A DNA stretch of 64,000 nucleotides from Eledone cirrhosa (GCA_964016885.1 OZ024742.1:364994001-365058000), one strand, 5' to 3'. Counted from the first letter of the stretch, positions 35,078 to 50,094 are shown. Numbers and translations are program-made. Notes: a model not told the origin generated them from the sequence alone.

Positions 35078-35153
<76 letters not shown>

Positions 35154-35832
35154 TTGCTTTAATTTCTCGTATATCAGTATTTTTTTTTGGGGGGGGGGGG
35201 GGATTCTGAATTAATTTTCCGTATCAAATTTTAAATATACTTCGTACGAGCATTTATTTAGTTTGCACTAGAACTTTTGTATCGTGGCGGCACCCTTAGA
35301 GATAGTATTAGTATTCTTTTTCGGGATACTGAATTATTATTTCGTATTAGTTTAATTTTTTGCACTGGGTGGTTGCTGGCCTTGTGCCTGGGGTAGAAAC
35401 CTTTATTTATTATTTCGTGGTAGTTTCTTTAGTATTCTGGCCCCTCACTTGTTGACCCGTCACCGTAAGATATACTCGGTTTATTACTTAAAAGGGTCTC
35501 ATTATAATTCCGTCCCACCTAGTAAACCTTTCTTTAGCCTAGCAGTACCAGTGAGAGACTTAGGTCGTAGTAACCAGATATTGTTTATTTTTTTTTTACA
35601 TTTAATTGCTTTTTAACACTCTCGGTATTTTTCTATATATTTAGCCCATATTGTTTTACTAATTGTTTCGACTTCCTCCCCCTCCTCCTCCCTAGTATCT
35701 TCTTTGACCTCATGCCCAGCTGTAGTCGGCACTATCAACGCATGACTGGGTCTCCTCCACCCCCTCTCCCTCTTTCTCCTACTGGCAGGTTTAGCTACCC
35801 CTTCCCTCCACAAATTGCTATCATAGAATTAT

Positions 35833-36001
35833 TATGTCTCAACAACAAACTTTTGACCAATCCTTGTGACAATCACTTTTACCATATATGGAATTAACCC
35901 CTGAGAAGCTCGGCTATTCAAATACCAGGATAAAAATGTTCATTTAGTCCAGAATTAGCCGTCGAAACGGCTTGAGCTCAGCCGTCGGTGTCCTACTCGT
36001 T

Positions 36002-36005
<4 letters not shown>
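35833..36005 (+). mobile_element. pLTR-like copy with atypical HHR (35897-35991)
   Basis: Reverse complement of ~19620-19793; ends in (TA)n. Confidence 0.75.
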
Positions 36006-36072
<67 letters not shown>

Positions 36073-36074
36073 GT

Positions 36075-36275
36075 TATTCCGGGTTGAATCGGAGGTAACC
36101 ACAGTAAGTAAGGTACTCAATACATAGCAGAGTATAACAGTTTTAATATAGATGAGATTCTACAGGACTAGAACTGTTTCATTCATTAGAAATCATCAGG
36201 AATCTCATGAGATTCCTGATGATTTCTAATGAATGAAACAGTTCTAGTCCTGTAGAATCTCATCTATATTAAAAC

Positions 36276-36276
<1 letters not shown>
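36075..36276. mobile_element. Solo pLTR-like element containing a 138-bp palindrome of back-to-back HHRs
   Basis: Palindrome 36139-36276. The plus-strand HHR at 36209-36261 reads GAGATTC-CTGATGA-TTTCTAATGAAT-GAAA-CAG..CTG-TA-GAATCTC. A homologue lies at 55314-55443. Confidence 0.85.
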
Positions 36277-36312
<36 letters not shown>

Positions 36313-36876
36313 GAGAGAGAGTGAGAAAGTGAGAAACACCATGTGTATGTGTTGTCTGTGGGGGTATATATGTTTATGTATGCATGTATGTTTGTTTCTG
36401 CATAGATGTTTGTGTTTGTCTGTGGATATACATGTTTGTTAGTGACTGTACGTGATTGTATATATGTTTGTGTGTATGTGTGTGGGGGTCCATCGTTGTG
36501 TTCCTGCTTTTAGTCAGGGTGACCTCAGTCCAGTCGAAGCCATATCAATTAATGATCTGATTCGATTTTATTGCTTATTTGCGTTGGTGATTGTAAGCGT
36601 ATGAAATTAAATCTCATGTCAGCGGGATTAAATATGAAGAGAAGTTAATTAGAACTCTCATGGCGAACACGTATCGTAAACATAGCAAATTCTGTCTAAA
36701 ATACTGTGTCTTCTGTTCCGAGCTAGAATTGACTTTTGTTCGTTTACAAAGCTCAGGTAAGTCCTATACTGGATTACTGCTCCCATATATCCAGGTAGGT
36801 GCTGTTGTCAGACCTACAAATATCATAGACCACCTACAGAAATACAACCCTCATTTCATTGCAATAGATTGACGAA

Positions 36877-39800
36877 CATGAAACTTACATGTCCCACACA
36901 ATCTGTCTTCTCTCTCATGTGTCTACTGCTACATGAAACTGACCTGTCCCACACAACCTCTCTACTGTCTCTTGTCTCTACTGCTACATGATACTGACCT
37001 ATCCCACACAACCTCTATACTGTCTCATGCCTCTACTGCTACATGAAACTGACCTGTCCCACACAACCTCTCTACTGTCTCTTGTCTCTACTGCTACATG
37101 AAACTGACCTGTCCCACACAACCTCTATACTGTCTCATGCCTCTACTGCTACATGATACTGACCTATCCCACACAACCTCTCTACTGCTACATGAAACTG
37201 ACCTGTCCCACACAACCTCTCTACTGCTAGATGAAAGTGACCTGTCCCACACAACCTCTCTACTGCTACATGAAACTGACCTGTCCCACACAACCTCTCT
37301 GCTGCTACATGAAACTGACCTGTCCCACACAACCTCTCTGCTGCTACATGAAACTGACCTGTCCCACACAACCTCTCTACTGTCTCATGTCTCTACTGCT
37401 ACATGAAACTGACCTGTCCCACACAACCTCTCTACTGCCTCATGTCTCTACTGCTACATGAAACTGACCTGTCCCACACAACCTCTCTACTGTCTCATGT
37501 CTCTACTGCTACATGATACTGACCTATCCCACACAACCTCTCTACTGCTACATGATACAGACCAATCCCACACAACCTCTCTACTGCTACATGATACTGA
37601 CCTATCCCACACAACCTCTCTACTGCTACATGATACAGACCTATCCCACACATCCTCTCTACTGCTACATGAAACTGACCTGTCCCACACAACCTCTCTA
37701 CTGTCTCATGTCTCTACTGCTACATGATGCTGACCTGTCCCACACAACCTCTCTACTGTCTCATGTCTCTACTGCTACATGATACAGACCTATCCCACAC
37801 AACATCTCTACTGCTACATGAAACTGACCTGTCCCACACAACCTCTCTACTGTCTCATGTCTCTACTGCTACATGATACAGACCAATCCCACACAACCTC
37901 TCTACTGCTACATGATACTGACCTATCCCACACAACCTCTCTACTGCTACATGATACAGACCTATCCCACACAACCTCTCTACTGCTACATGAAACTGAC
38001 CTGTCCCACACAACCTCTCTACTGTCTCATGTCTCTACTGCTACATGATGCTGACCTGTCCCACACAACCTCTCTACTGTCTCATGTCTCTACTGCTACA
38101 TGAAACAGACCTGTCCCACACAACCTCTCTACTGTCTCATGTCTCTAATGCTACATGATACAGACCTATCCCACACAACCTCTCTACTGCTACATGAAAC
38201 TGACCTGTCCAACACAACCTCTCTACTGTCTCATGTCTCTAATGCTACATGATACAGACCTATCCCACACAACCTCTCTACTGCTACATGAAACTGACCT
38301 GTCCAACACAACCCCTCTACTGTCTCATGTCTCTACTGCTACATGATAATGAACTGTCCCACACAACCTCTCTACTGACTCATGTCTCTACTGCTACATG
38401 ATACAGACCTATCCCACACAACCTCTCTACTGCTACATGAAACTGACCTGTCCAACACAACCTCTCTACTGTCTCATGTCTCTACTGCTACATGATAATG
38501 AACTGTCCCACACAACCTCTCTACTGTCTCATGTCTCTAATGCTACATGAAACTGACCTGTCCCACACAACCTCTCTACTGCTACATGAAACTGACCTGT
38601 CCCACACAACCTCTCTACTGCTACATGAAACTGACCTGTCCCACACAACCTCTCTACTGTCTCATGTCTCTACTGCTACATGAAACTGACCTGTCCCACA
38701 CAAACTCTCTACTGCCTCATGTCTCTACTGCTACATGATACTGGCCTATCCCACACAACCTCTCTACTGCTACATGATACTGACCTATCCCACAAACCTT
38801 TCTACTGCTACATGATACAGACCTGTCCCACACAACCTCTCTACTGTCTCATATCTCTACTGCTACATGATACAGACCTATCCCACACAACCACTCTACT
38901 GTTTCATCTCTCTACTGCTACATGATACTGACCTATCCCACACAACCTCTCTACTGCTACATGATATTGACCTATCCCACACAACCTTTCTACTGCTACA
39001 TGATACAGACCGTTCCCACACAACCTCTCTAGTGTCTCATGTCTCTACTGCTACATGAAACTGACCTGTCCCACACAACGTCTCTACTGTCTCATGTCTC
39101 TACTGCTACATGATACGGACCTATCCCACACTACCTTTCCACTGCTACATGATACGGACCTATCCCACACAACCTTTCTACTGCTACATGAAACTGACCT
39201 GTCCCACACAACCTCTCTACTGTCTCATGTCTCTACTGCTACATGATACAGACCTATCCCACACAACCTCTCTACTGCTACATGATACTGACCTATCCCA
39301 CACAACCTTTCTACTGCTACATGATACAGACCTATCCCACACAACCTCTCTACTGTCTCATGTCTCTACTGCTACATGAAACTGACCTATCCCACACAAC
39401 CTCTCTACTGTTTCATCTCTCTACTGCTACATGATACTGACCTATCCCACAGAACCTTTCTACTGCTACATGATACAGACCTATCCCACACAACCTCTCT
39501 ACTGTCTCATGTCTCTACTGCTACATGATACTGACCTATCCCACACGACCTCTCTACTGCTACATGATACTGACCTATCCCACACAACCTCTCTACTGTC
39601 TCATGTCTCTACTGCTACATGAAACTGGCCTATCCCACACAACCTCTCTACTGCTACATGATACAGACCTATCCCACACAACCTCTCTAGTGTCTCATGT
39701 CTCTACTGCTACATGAAACTGACCACTCCCACACAACCTCTCTACTGTCTCATGTCTCTACTGCTACATGATACTGACCTATCCCACACAACCTTTCTAC

Positions 39801-42800
39801 TGCTACATGATACAGACCTATCCCACACAACCTCTCTACTGTCTCATATCTCTACTGCTACATGATACAGACCTATCCCACACAACTACTCTACTGTTTC
39901 ATCTCTCTACTGCTACATGATACTGACCTATCCCACACAACCTTTCTACTGCTACATGATACAGACCTATCCCACACAACCTCTCTAGTCTCTCATCTCT
40001 CTACTGCTACATGATACGGACCTATCCCACAGAACCTTTCTACTGCTACATGATACGGACCTATCCCACACAACCTTTCTACTGCTACATGATACGGACC
40101 TATCCCACACAACCTCTCTACTGCTACATGATACTGACCTGTCCCACACAGCCTCTCTACTGCTACATGATACTGACCTATCCCACACAACCTCTCTACT
40201 GCTACATGAAACTGAGCTGTCCCACACAACCTCCATACTGCCTCATGTCTCTACTGCTACATGATACTGGCCTGTCCCACACAACATCTCTAACGTTTCA
40301 TCTCTCTACTGCTACATGATACTGACCTATCCCACACAACCTTTCTACTGCTACATGATACTGACCTATCCCACACAACCTCTCTACTGCTACATGAAAC
40401 TGAGCTGTCCCACACAACCTCCATACTGCCTCATGTCTCTACTGCTACATGATACTGGCCTGTCCCACACAACATCTCTAACGTTTCATCTCTCTACTGC
40501 TACATGATACTGACCTATCCCACACAACCTCTCTACTGCTACATGAAACTGACCTGTCCCACACAACCTCTCTACTGTCTCATGTCTCTACTGCTACATG
40601 ATACTGACCTATCCCACACAACCTTTCTAGTGCTACATGATACTGACCTATCCCACACAACCTTTCTACTGCTACATGAAACTGACCTGTCCCACACAAC
40701 CTCTCTACTGCCTCATGTCTCTACTGCTACATGATACTGACCTATCCCACACAACCTTTCTACTGCTACATGAAACTGCCCTGGCCCACACAATCTGTCT
40801 ACTGTCTCGTGTCTCTACTGCTACATGATACTGACCTATCCCACACAACCTTTCTACTGCTACATTATACAGACCTATCCCACACAACCTCTCTACTGCT
40901 ACATGATACAGACCTATCCCACACTACCTTTCTACTGCTACATGATACAGACCTATCCCACACAACGTCTCTACTGTCTCATGTCTCTACTGCTACATGA
41001 TACTGACCTGTCCCACACAACCTCTCTACTGTCTCTTGTCTCTACTGCTACATGATACTGACCTGTCCCACACCAGCTCTCTACTGTCTCATGTCTCTAC
41101 TGCTACATGATACTGACCTGTCCCACACAACCTCTCTACTGTCTCATGTCTCTACTGCTACATGATACTGACCTATCCCACACAACCTTTCTAGTGCTAC
41201 ATGATACTGACCTATCCCACACAACCTTTCTACTGCTACATTATACAGATATATCCCACACAACCTCTCTACTGCTATATGATACTGGCCTATCCCACAC
41301 AACCTTTCTACTGCTACATGAAACTAACCTGGCCCACACAACCTCTCTACTGTCTCATGTCTCTACTGCTACATGATACTGACCTGTCCCACACAACCTC
41401 TCTACTGTCTCATGTCTCTACTGCTACATGATACTGACCTATCCCACACAACCTTTCTAGTGCTACATGATACTGACCTATCCCACACAACCTTTCTACT
41501 GCTACATTATACAGATATATCCCACACAACCTCTCTACTGCTATATGATACTGACCTATCCCACACAACCTTTCTACTGCTACATGATACAGACCTATCC
41601 AACACTACCTTTCTACTGCTACATGATACAGACCTATCCCACACAACCTCTCTACTGCTACATTATACAGACCTATCCCACACAACCTTTCTACTGCTAC
41701 ATTATACAGAGCTATCCCACACAACCTCTCTACTGCTACATGATACTGACCTATCCCACAAAACCTTTCTACTGCTACATTATACAGATCTATCCCACAC
41801 AACCTCTCTACTGCTACATGATACAGACCTATCCCACACTATCTTTCTACTGCTACATGATACAGACTTATCCCACACTACCTTTCTACTGCTACATGAT
41901 ACAGACCTATCCCACACTACCTTTCTACTGCTACATTATACAGATCTATCCCACACAACCTCTCTACTGCTACATGATACAGACCTATCCCACACTACCT
42001 TTCTACTGCTACATGATACAGACCTATCCCACACAACCTTTCTACTGCTACATGATACAGACCTATCCCACACTACCTTTCTACTGCTACATGATACAGA
42101 CCTATCCCACACAACCTCTCTACTGTCTCATGTCTCTACTGCTACATGATACTGACCTATACCACACAACCTTTCTACTGCTACATGATACTGGCCTATC
42201 CCACACAACCTTTCTACTGCTACATGGTACAGACCTATCCCACACAACCTCTCTACTGTCTCATGTCTCTACTGCTACATGATACTGACCTATACCACAC
42301 AACCTTTCTACTGCTACATGATACTGACCTATACCACACAACCTTTCTACTGCTACATGAAACTGACCTGTCCCACACAACCTCTCTAGTGTCTCATGTC
42401 TCTACTGCTACATGATACTGACCTATCCCACACAACCTTTCTACTGCTACATGATACTGACCTGTCCCACACAACCTCTCTACTGTCTCATGTCTCTACT
42501 GCTACATGAAACTGACCTGTCCCACACAACCTCTCTACTGTCTCATGTCTCTACTGCTACATGATACTGACCTATCCCACACAACCTTTCTACTGCTACA
42601 TGATACTGACCTATCCCACACAACCTCTCTAGTGTCTCATGTCTCTACTGCTACATGAAACTGACCTGTCCCACACAACCTCTCTACTGTCTCATGTCTC
42701 TACTGCTACATGATACTGACCTATCCCACACAACCTTTCTAGTGCTACATGATACTGACCTATCCCACACAACCTTTCTACTGCTACATGATACTGACCT

Positions 42801-45800
42801 ATCCCACACAACCTCTCTAGTGTCTCATGTCTCTACTGCTACATGAAACTGACCTGTCCCATACAACCTCTCTACTGTCTCATGTTTCTACTGCTACATG
42901 ATACAGACCTATCCCACACAACCTCTCTACGGTCTCATGTCTCTACTGCTACATGAAACTGACCTATCCCACACAACCTCTCTACTGTTTCATCTCTCTA
43001 CTGCTACATGATACTGACCTATCCCACAGAACCTTTCTACTGCTACATGATACAGACCTATCCCACACAACCTCTCTACTGTCTCATGTCTCTACTGCTA
43101 CATGATACTGACCTATCCCACACGACCTCTCTACTGCTACATGATACTGACCTATCCCACACAACCTCTCTACTGTCTCATGTCTCTACTGCTACATGAA
43201 ACTGGCCTATCCCACACAACCTCTCTACTGCTACATGATACAGACCTATCCCACACAACCTCTCTAGTGTCTCATGTCTCTACTGCTACATGAAACTGAC
43301 CACTCCCACACAACCTCTCTACTGTCTCATGTCTCTACTGCTACATGATACTGACCTATCCCACACAACCTTTCTACTGCTACATGATACAGACCTATCC
43401 CACACAACCTCTCTACTGTCTCATATCTCTACTGCTACATGATACAGACCTATCCCACACAACTACTCTACTGTTTCATCTCTCTACTGCTACATGATAC
43501 TGACCTATCCCACACAACCTTTCTACTGCTACATGATACAGACCTATCCCACACAACCTCTCTAGTCTCTCATCTCTCTACTGCTACATGATACGGACCT
43601 ATCCCACAGAACCTTTCTACTGCTACATGATACGGACCTATCCCACACAACCTTTCTACTGCTACATGATACGGACCTATCCCACACAACCTCTCTACTG
43701 CTACATGATACTGACCTGTCCCACACAGCCTCTCTACTGCTACATGATACTGACCTATCCCACACAACCTCTCTACTGCTACATGAAACTGAGCTGTCCC
43801 ACACAACCTCCATACTGCCTCATGTCTCTACTGCTACATGATACTGGCCTGTCCCACACAACATCTCTAACGTTTCATCTCTCTACTGCTACATGATACT
43901 GACCTATCCCACACAACCTTTCTACTGCTACATGATACTGACCTATCCCACACAACCTCTCTACTGCTACATGAAACTGAGCTGTCCCACACAACCTCCA
44001 TACTGCCTCATGTCTCTACTGCTACATGATACTGGCCTGTCCCACACAACATCTCTAACGTTTCATCTCTCTACTGCTACATGATACTGACCTATCCCAC
44101 ACAACCTCTCTACTGCTACATGAAACTGACCTGTCCCACACAACCTCTCTACTGTCTCATGTCTCTACTGCTACATGATACTGACCTATCCCACACAACC
44201 TTTCTAGTGCTACATGATACTGACCTATCCCACACAACCTTTCTACTGCTACATGAAACTGACCTGTCCCACACAACCTCTCTACTGTCTCATGTCTCTA
44301 CTGCCACATGATACTGGCCTATCCCACACAACCTTTCTACTGCTACATGAAATTGACCATGCCCACACAACCTCTCTACTGCCTCATGTCTCTACTGCTA
44401 CATGATACTGACCTATCCCACACAACCTTTCTACTGCTACATGAAACTGACCTGTCCCACACAACCTCTCTACTGCCTCATGTCTCTACTGCTACATGAT
44501 ACTGACCTATCCCACACAACCTTTCTACTGCTACATGAAACTGCCCTGGCCCACACAATCTGTCTACTGTCTCGTGTCTCTACTGCTACATGATACTGAC
44601 CTATCCCACACAACCTTTCTACTGCTACATTATACAGACCTATCCCACACAACCTCTCTACTGCTACATGATACAGACCTATCCCACACTACCTTTCTAC
44701 TGCTACATGATACAGACCTATCCCACACAACCTCTCTACTGTCTCATGTCTCTACTGCTACATGATACTGACCTGTCCCACACAACCTCTCTACGGTCTC
44801 TTGTCTCTACTGCTACATGATACTGACCTGTCCCACACCAGCTCTCTACTGTCTCATGTCTCTACTGCTACATGATACTGACCTGTCCCACACAACCTCT
44901 CTACTGTCTCATGTCTCTACTGCTACATGATACTGACCTATCCCACACAACCTTTCTAGTGCTACATGATACTGACCTATCCCACACAACCTTTCTACTG
45001 CTACATTATACAGATATATCCCACACAACCTCTCTACTGCTACATGATACTGGCCTATCCCACACAACCTTTCTACTGCTACATGAAACTAACCTGGCCC
45101 ACACAACCTCTCTACTGTCTCATGTCTCTACTGCTACATGATACTGACCTATCCCACACAACCTTTCTACTGCTACATGATACAGACCTATCCAACACTA
45201 CCTTTCTACTGCTACATGATACAGACCTATCCCACACAACCTCTCTACTGCTACATTATACAGACCTATCCCACACAACCTTTCTACTGCTACATTATAC
45301 AGACCTATCCCACACAACCTCTCTACTGCTACATGATACTGACCTATCCCACACAACCTTTCTACTGCTACATTATACAGATCTATCCCACACAACCTCT
45401 CTACTGCTACATGATACAGACCTATCCCACACTACCTTTCTACTGCTACATGATACAGACCTATCCCACACTACCTTTCTACTGCTACATGATACAGACC
45501 TATCCCACACTACCTTTCTACTGCTACATTATACAGATCTATCCCACACAACCTCTCTACTGCTACATGATACAGACCTATCCCACACTACCTTTCTACT
45601 GCTACATGATACAGACCTATCCCACACAACCTTTCTACTGCTACATGATACAGACCTATCCCACACTACCTTTCTACTGCTACATGATACAGACCTATCC
45701 CACACAACCTCTCTACTGTCTCATGTCTCTACTGCTACATGATACTGACCTATACCACACAACCTTTCTACTGCTACATGATACTGGCCTATCCCACACA

Positions 45801-46716
45801 ACCTTTCTACTGCTACATGGTACAGACCTATCCCACACAACCTCTCTACTGTCTCATGTCTCTACTGCTACATGATACTGACCTATACCACACAACCTTT
45901 CTACTGCTACATGATACTGACCTATACCACACAACCTTTCTACTGCTACATGAAACTGACCTGTCCCACACAACCTCTCTAGTGTCTCATGTCTCTACTG
46001 CTACATGATACTGACCTATCCCACACAACCTTTCTACTGCTACATGATACTGACCTGTCCCACACAACCTCTCTACTGTCTCATGTCTCTACTGCTACAT
46101 GAAACTGACCTGTCCCACACAACCTCTCTACTGTCTCATGTCTCTACTGCTACATGATACTGACCTATCCCACACAACCTTTCTACTGCTACATGATACT
46201 GACCTATCCCACACAACCTCTCTAGTGTCTCATGTCTCTACTGCTACATGAAACTGACCTGTCCCACACAACCTCTCTACTGTCTCATGTCTCTACTGCT
46301 ACATGATACTGACCTATCCCACACAACCTTTCTAGTGCTACATGATACTGACCTATCCCACACAACCTTTCTACTGCTACATGATACTGACCTATCCCAC
46401 ACAACCTCTCTAGTGTCTCATGTCTCTACTGCTACATGAAACTGACCTGTCCCATACAACCTCTCTACTGTCTCATGTTTCTACTGCTACATGATACTGG
46501 CCTATCCCACACAACCTTTCTACTGCTACATGATACTGGCCTATCCCACACAACCTCTCTACTGTTTCATCTCTCTACTGCTACATGATACTGACCTATC
46601 CCACACAACCTTTCTACTGCTACATGATACAGACCTATCCCACACAACCTTTCTACTGCTACATGAAACTGACCTGGCCCACACAATCTGTCTACTCTCC
46701 TGTGCCTACTGCTACA
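36877..46716. repeat. ~9.8-kb satellite of interleaved 39-bp and 55-bp monomers with ~3.6-kb higher-order duplication
   Basis: Monomer CTACTGCTACATGATACTGACCTATCCCACACAACCTCT with or without CTACTGTCTCATGTCT. Identical ORF-track peptides recur at offsets of 3577-3765 nt. Confidence 0.97.
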
Positions 46717-46924
46717 ACAACAATTTATCTTCATTACAACTGGTTCCCCTTATGTAATCTTCATACCACGACACTTCTCTCCTGCTCCCTCACCTCTATA
46801 CTTACCATGTATATCATGTCTAACCCCCCCCCCCCCATGCACTGCAACAACTACTACACCGAGCTCCCGGTCCTTTCTGTAGAGAAAGTTTAATGTATGG
46901 TTATATGTATGTATGTGCGCATAT

Positions 46925-47102
46925 ATAGGAAAAGAGTCAGGACCCCGACGGCTGAGCTCCGGCCGTTCAGAACTAGCTGTCGAGACGGCCGGAGCTCAGC
47001 CGTCGGGGGTCCTGACTCTTTTCCTATTACCCACTCTACTACCCTAAGTATCGAGTAGTCTAGTGCGTTATGGTCCATCTGGTTCCCTACTGCACTTCCT
47101 TC

Positions 47103-47105
<3 letters not shown>
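46925..47105. mobile_element. Hairpin pLTR-like fragment related to 19622-19985
   Basis: ATAGGAAAAGAGTCAGGACCCCGACGGCTGAGCTC...GAGCTCAGCCGTCGG(G)GGTCCTGACTCTTTTCCTAT, followed by the same 3' extension. Confidence 0.75.
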
Positions 47106-47151
<46 letters not shown>

Positions 47152-47694
47152 ATACATACATATATATCTATATATAAATGTATACACGTATGAGGAAGAG
47201 ATTGTGCGAGTGTGAATGTGAGTGTATGTATGTGTATGCGAATGAGAATGCTTCATGTTAAGGTCTATTCTCAGCCCAGTAACATGTATTTACACACGAC
47301 ATTCATGTTGTGTGAACATTGCGTTTCATTTGTAATGAAATAATGTTTTGAAGACCTGCGGAAGATGTAGGAATAGTTTAGAATGTAGACATAAAGAGAG
47401 AGTGGATAGGATTAAATAAGGGAATGAAGAATAGAGAGTGATAGACAGAGTGTTGGGGACGGAAGAGGGGAGGTGGGGTGCGGAGGGGGGTGAGAGTGAT
47501 GGGAGAGAGGGGGAGGGGGAAGTTGGGATCGGATGAGAGGGAGAGAGGGGAGAGAGGTAGAGGAGGGAAGTGAGATGGGGGGAGGGGGATGAGAGGAGAA
47601 GAGATGTGGGGAGGGGGAGTCAAGTGTTGCATAGAGATGAGAGGGCGAGAAGAGATACTGAAATTCAAAGGGACGTGTAAATATCTATCTATAG

Positions 47695-50080
47695 GCCAGA
47701 ACGTATCGCCCAAATCCCTGAGCGCGTCATGCTGGATGACCGTACCCACCTCAACATTATTGTGGAGGGTAGGCGTCCCTCCTGTTACCTCTGTGGCAAT
47801 AGAGGTCACCTGAGGGCTGCCTGTCCCCAGCTCACACAGAAAAAAACACTGCTACCAACACCAACACCACCCCAACAACAACAACATAAACAACCACAAC
47901 AACAACACAAACCAACAACACCACCACCACCACCACCACAACAACAACAACAACAAACACGTGAAAAAACACCACAGAATACTGTCCCACCCAAAACAAA
48001 TACAAAAACACACACACCGCAAACACTACCAGAAAACATACCCCTCCCACCCAACAAGGAAGACGAACCCCTTTCGTCGCAAGGCGAAAAAGATCCCTTC
48101 CAAACAGTAAAGAGAAAGAAGAGGAGGCGCACCACAGACACACTTGTTAACTTTAACCTTCCCCAAGAGAACACAAACTATATACAAACCACCCCTCCCC
48201 GTCACACAACACTAACTGCTACACAAAAAAAGACTTTACAATATACATACATGAACACAGACAACAAAGAACTACTGAAAACAATTTCATCAAACCCTTC
48301 GGTCCAAACTGAAGGGCCTAACTTTATAACTGCTGTGGGACTACCTCATTTAAAAATGATTAAAGTCCCAATGAACCTTTATAAAACACTGAAAATAAAT
48401 TTCACGGAGGACGTGGGGCCCCCCCTGCGCCAAACCAATCAACCGCGTCCTCCTAAAAACATTCACCCCCCCCCCCCCAGTAATGGTGTCGACGGCCTCC
48501 GAAATCGGGGCGATCGGCACCTTACTAGAGGAGTACGAAAGGTTCACAGGGGCTAAGCTGAACCGGGACAAGTCGATCGGTTTGCAACTCGGCACGTGGA
48601 GGGGCAGACCGATGCCCTCTGATGGCGTCGTCGGACGCTGGACGGAGGGCCCGGTGGAGTTGCTCGGGGTCTGGTTCGGACCAGACCTCCAGGTGGAGAA
48701 GAACTGGGCGGAGGTTACGAACAGGGATTTGCACTGACCCAGAAGTGGGCCAGTTGCAAACTATCCCTGAAAGGTCGAGCGGAGGTGGCGAACACCTATA
48801 TAGCGTCCGTCATCTACTACCGCCTGACCGTTATGCCTTGCCCAAGGGAAACCCTCGCCAAGATGGAGCGCGCGCTCTTCCAATTCCTTTGGAAGAAGCG
48901 GGCCCCCTTGGTGAGGAGATCCATCTGCTGTCAACACACTTCGAAAGGAGGGCTGGGGATGCCGCATTAAGGCTACGGCACCTCCACGTATTTCTCACCG
49001 GTCAACCGGTGTGGGCCTCGTTTGTGAGACGAACCTTTCCCTGACTCGTCTCACTCACCGAGCTGCAATCCTGGGTCAAGCAAAGACCGAGAAAACTGGG
49101 CGCTTGGCACACTGAGTGTGCCCAGGCGCTCACCGCCCTCTGGCAGGCGGATCCGGTTATCAGTGGAGAATCCACCGCAACATTCTATAGAGGGCTGGTA
49201 CGCAGCAGGTGCGACGACGCCCTCGGAGAAGCCCTAGACATGGAGGAAGACGAACTGGCCAGCCTGTTCGGTAGGACATTCAGCCCGAGACCTATGGACA
49301 ACTTCCAGAAGTCCCTGGCTTGGCAGTGCTACCGAGGGGCTCTACCCGTTCGAGAAAATCTCTACAGACACGGGCGCCCGGGTAGTGACCCCGCCAAAAA
49401 GATCTGTCCCAGATGCGTGTGCGACGAGGAAACCGTTGCACACGCATTGGTACACTGCTCGGGCGTAGCCGATCTGTGGGGCTATGTTGAACACCTACTG
49501 TCAAGGGTGGGACCGATCCGGTTGACCACCGAGTCTATTGTAATGATCAAGCCGCCTTCCCCCTTCAAAGATGAAGGAGAGGCGGTGTTTCTGTGCGTAA
49601 TAGCCATGGTGAAAGAAGTTGTATGGTGGACGCGTCTGAAAGGACTGAGGTCAGGCACCTTTCTCTCTGGCCAACAACTGGTCCGTTTCTTCCGATATCA
49701 TTTCGGAAGAAGGATCAGGATGGTGAGAGAGGTGCTGCACCCCAGCCGTTTTTATGAAAGGTGGGTGAAAGTGGCGAGAATGGCCCGTGTGAATAGGCCT
49801 TCTCTTTACATAAGCCTGTAGGTGGAAAAGAGGAAGGAACGAGGGAGCACCCCCTCTCTGTGCTCCTGAGGAGAAGGGTTGCACACTCTTTGGGGGGGGG
49901 CGACCCCCCAAGGCGCCTCCTCTCTATTGAGGATTTTGTTATAAATTTTATTTTTTGTTATATTTTATTTTATTTTTATATTTTGTTATTGCCTCCTCCT
50001 TATTGAGGACGCCTTGTTTTGTAAACTCCCCCCATTGTACTTGTCCCACTTTTGATGCCCTGGTGGCAAATAAAAGAAAC
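47695..50080 (+). mobile_element. Tx1-like copy A, 5'-truncated with internal deletion
   Basis: ORF1 knuckle CYLCGNRGHLRAACP is fused at poly-C (~48480) to the post-YADD part of ORF2. The C-terminal CPRC..ETVAHALVHC is present. It ends AATAAAAGAAAC-(TATC)n. Confidence 0.88.
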
Positions 50081-50094
50081 ATATCTATCTATCT

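Larger units (their letters stand above)
31992..35085 (-). mobile_element. 5'-truncated Neptune-like Penelope element with inverted pLTRs
   Basis: RT motifs FDVINLYTNI..GTAMGTKVAPTYANL..RYLDD..FLDI..YKPTD; Cys-rich linker CGRTNCGTC; GIY-YIG LIYAITCGGCKQNYIGQT (33500-34890). Inverted repeats at 31992-32189 and 34888-35085. Confidence 0.9.

Noticed and set aside
36600-36762. Possible host exon ending at CAG|GTAAGT (36757)
   Set aside because: A single consensus donor with no clear acceptor, reading frame or homology.
36877-46716. Many ORFs (LLHDTDLSHTTS / YCYMILTYPTQP) and a superficially CRISPR-like periodicity
   Set aside because: These are translations of a satellite. Frames break at every 55-bp unit, there are no unique spacers and no cas genes, and the context is eukaryotic.
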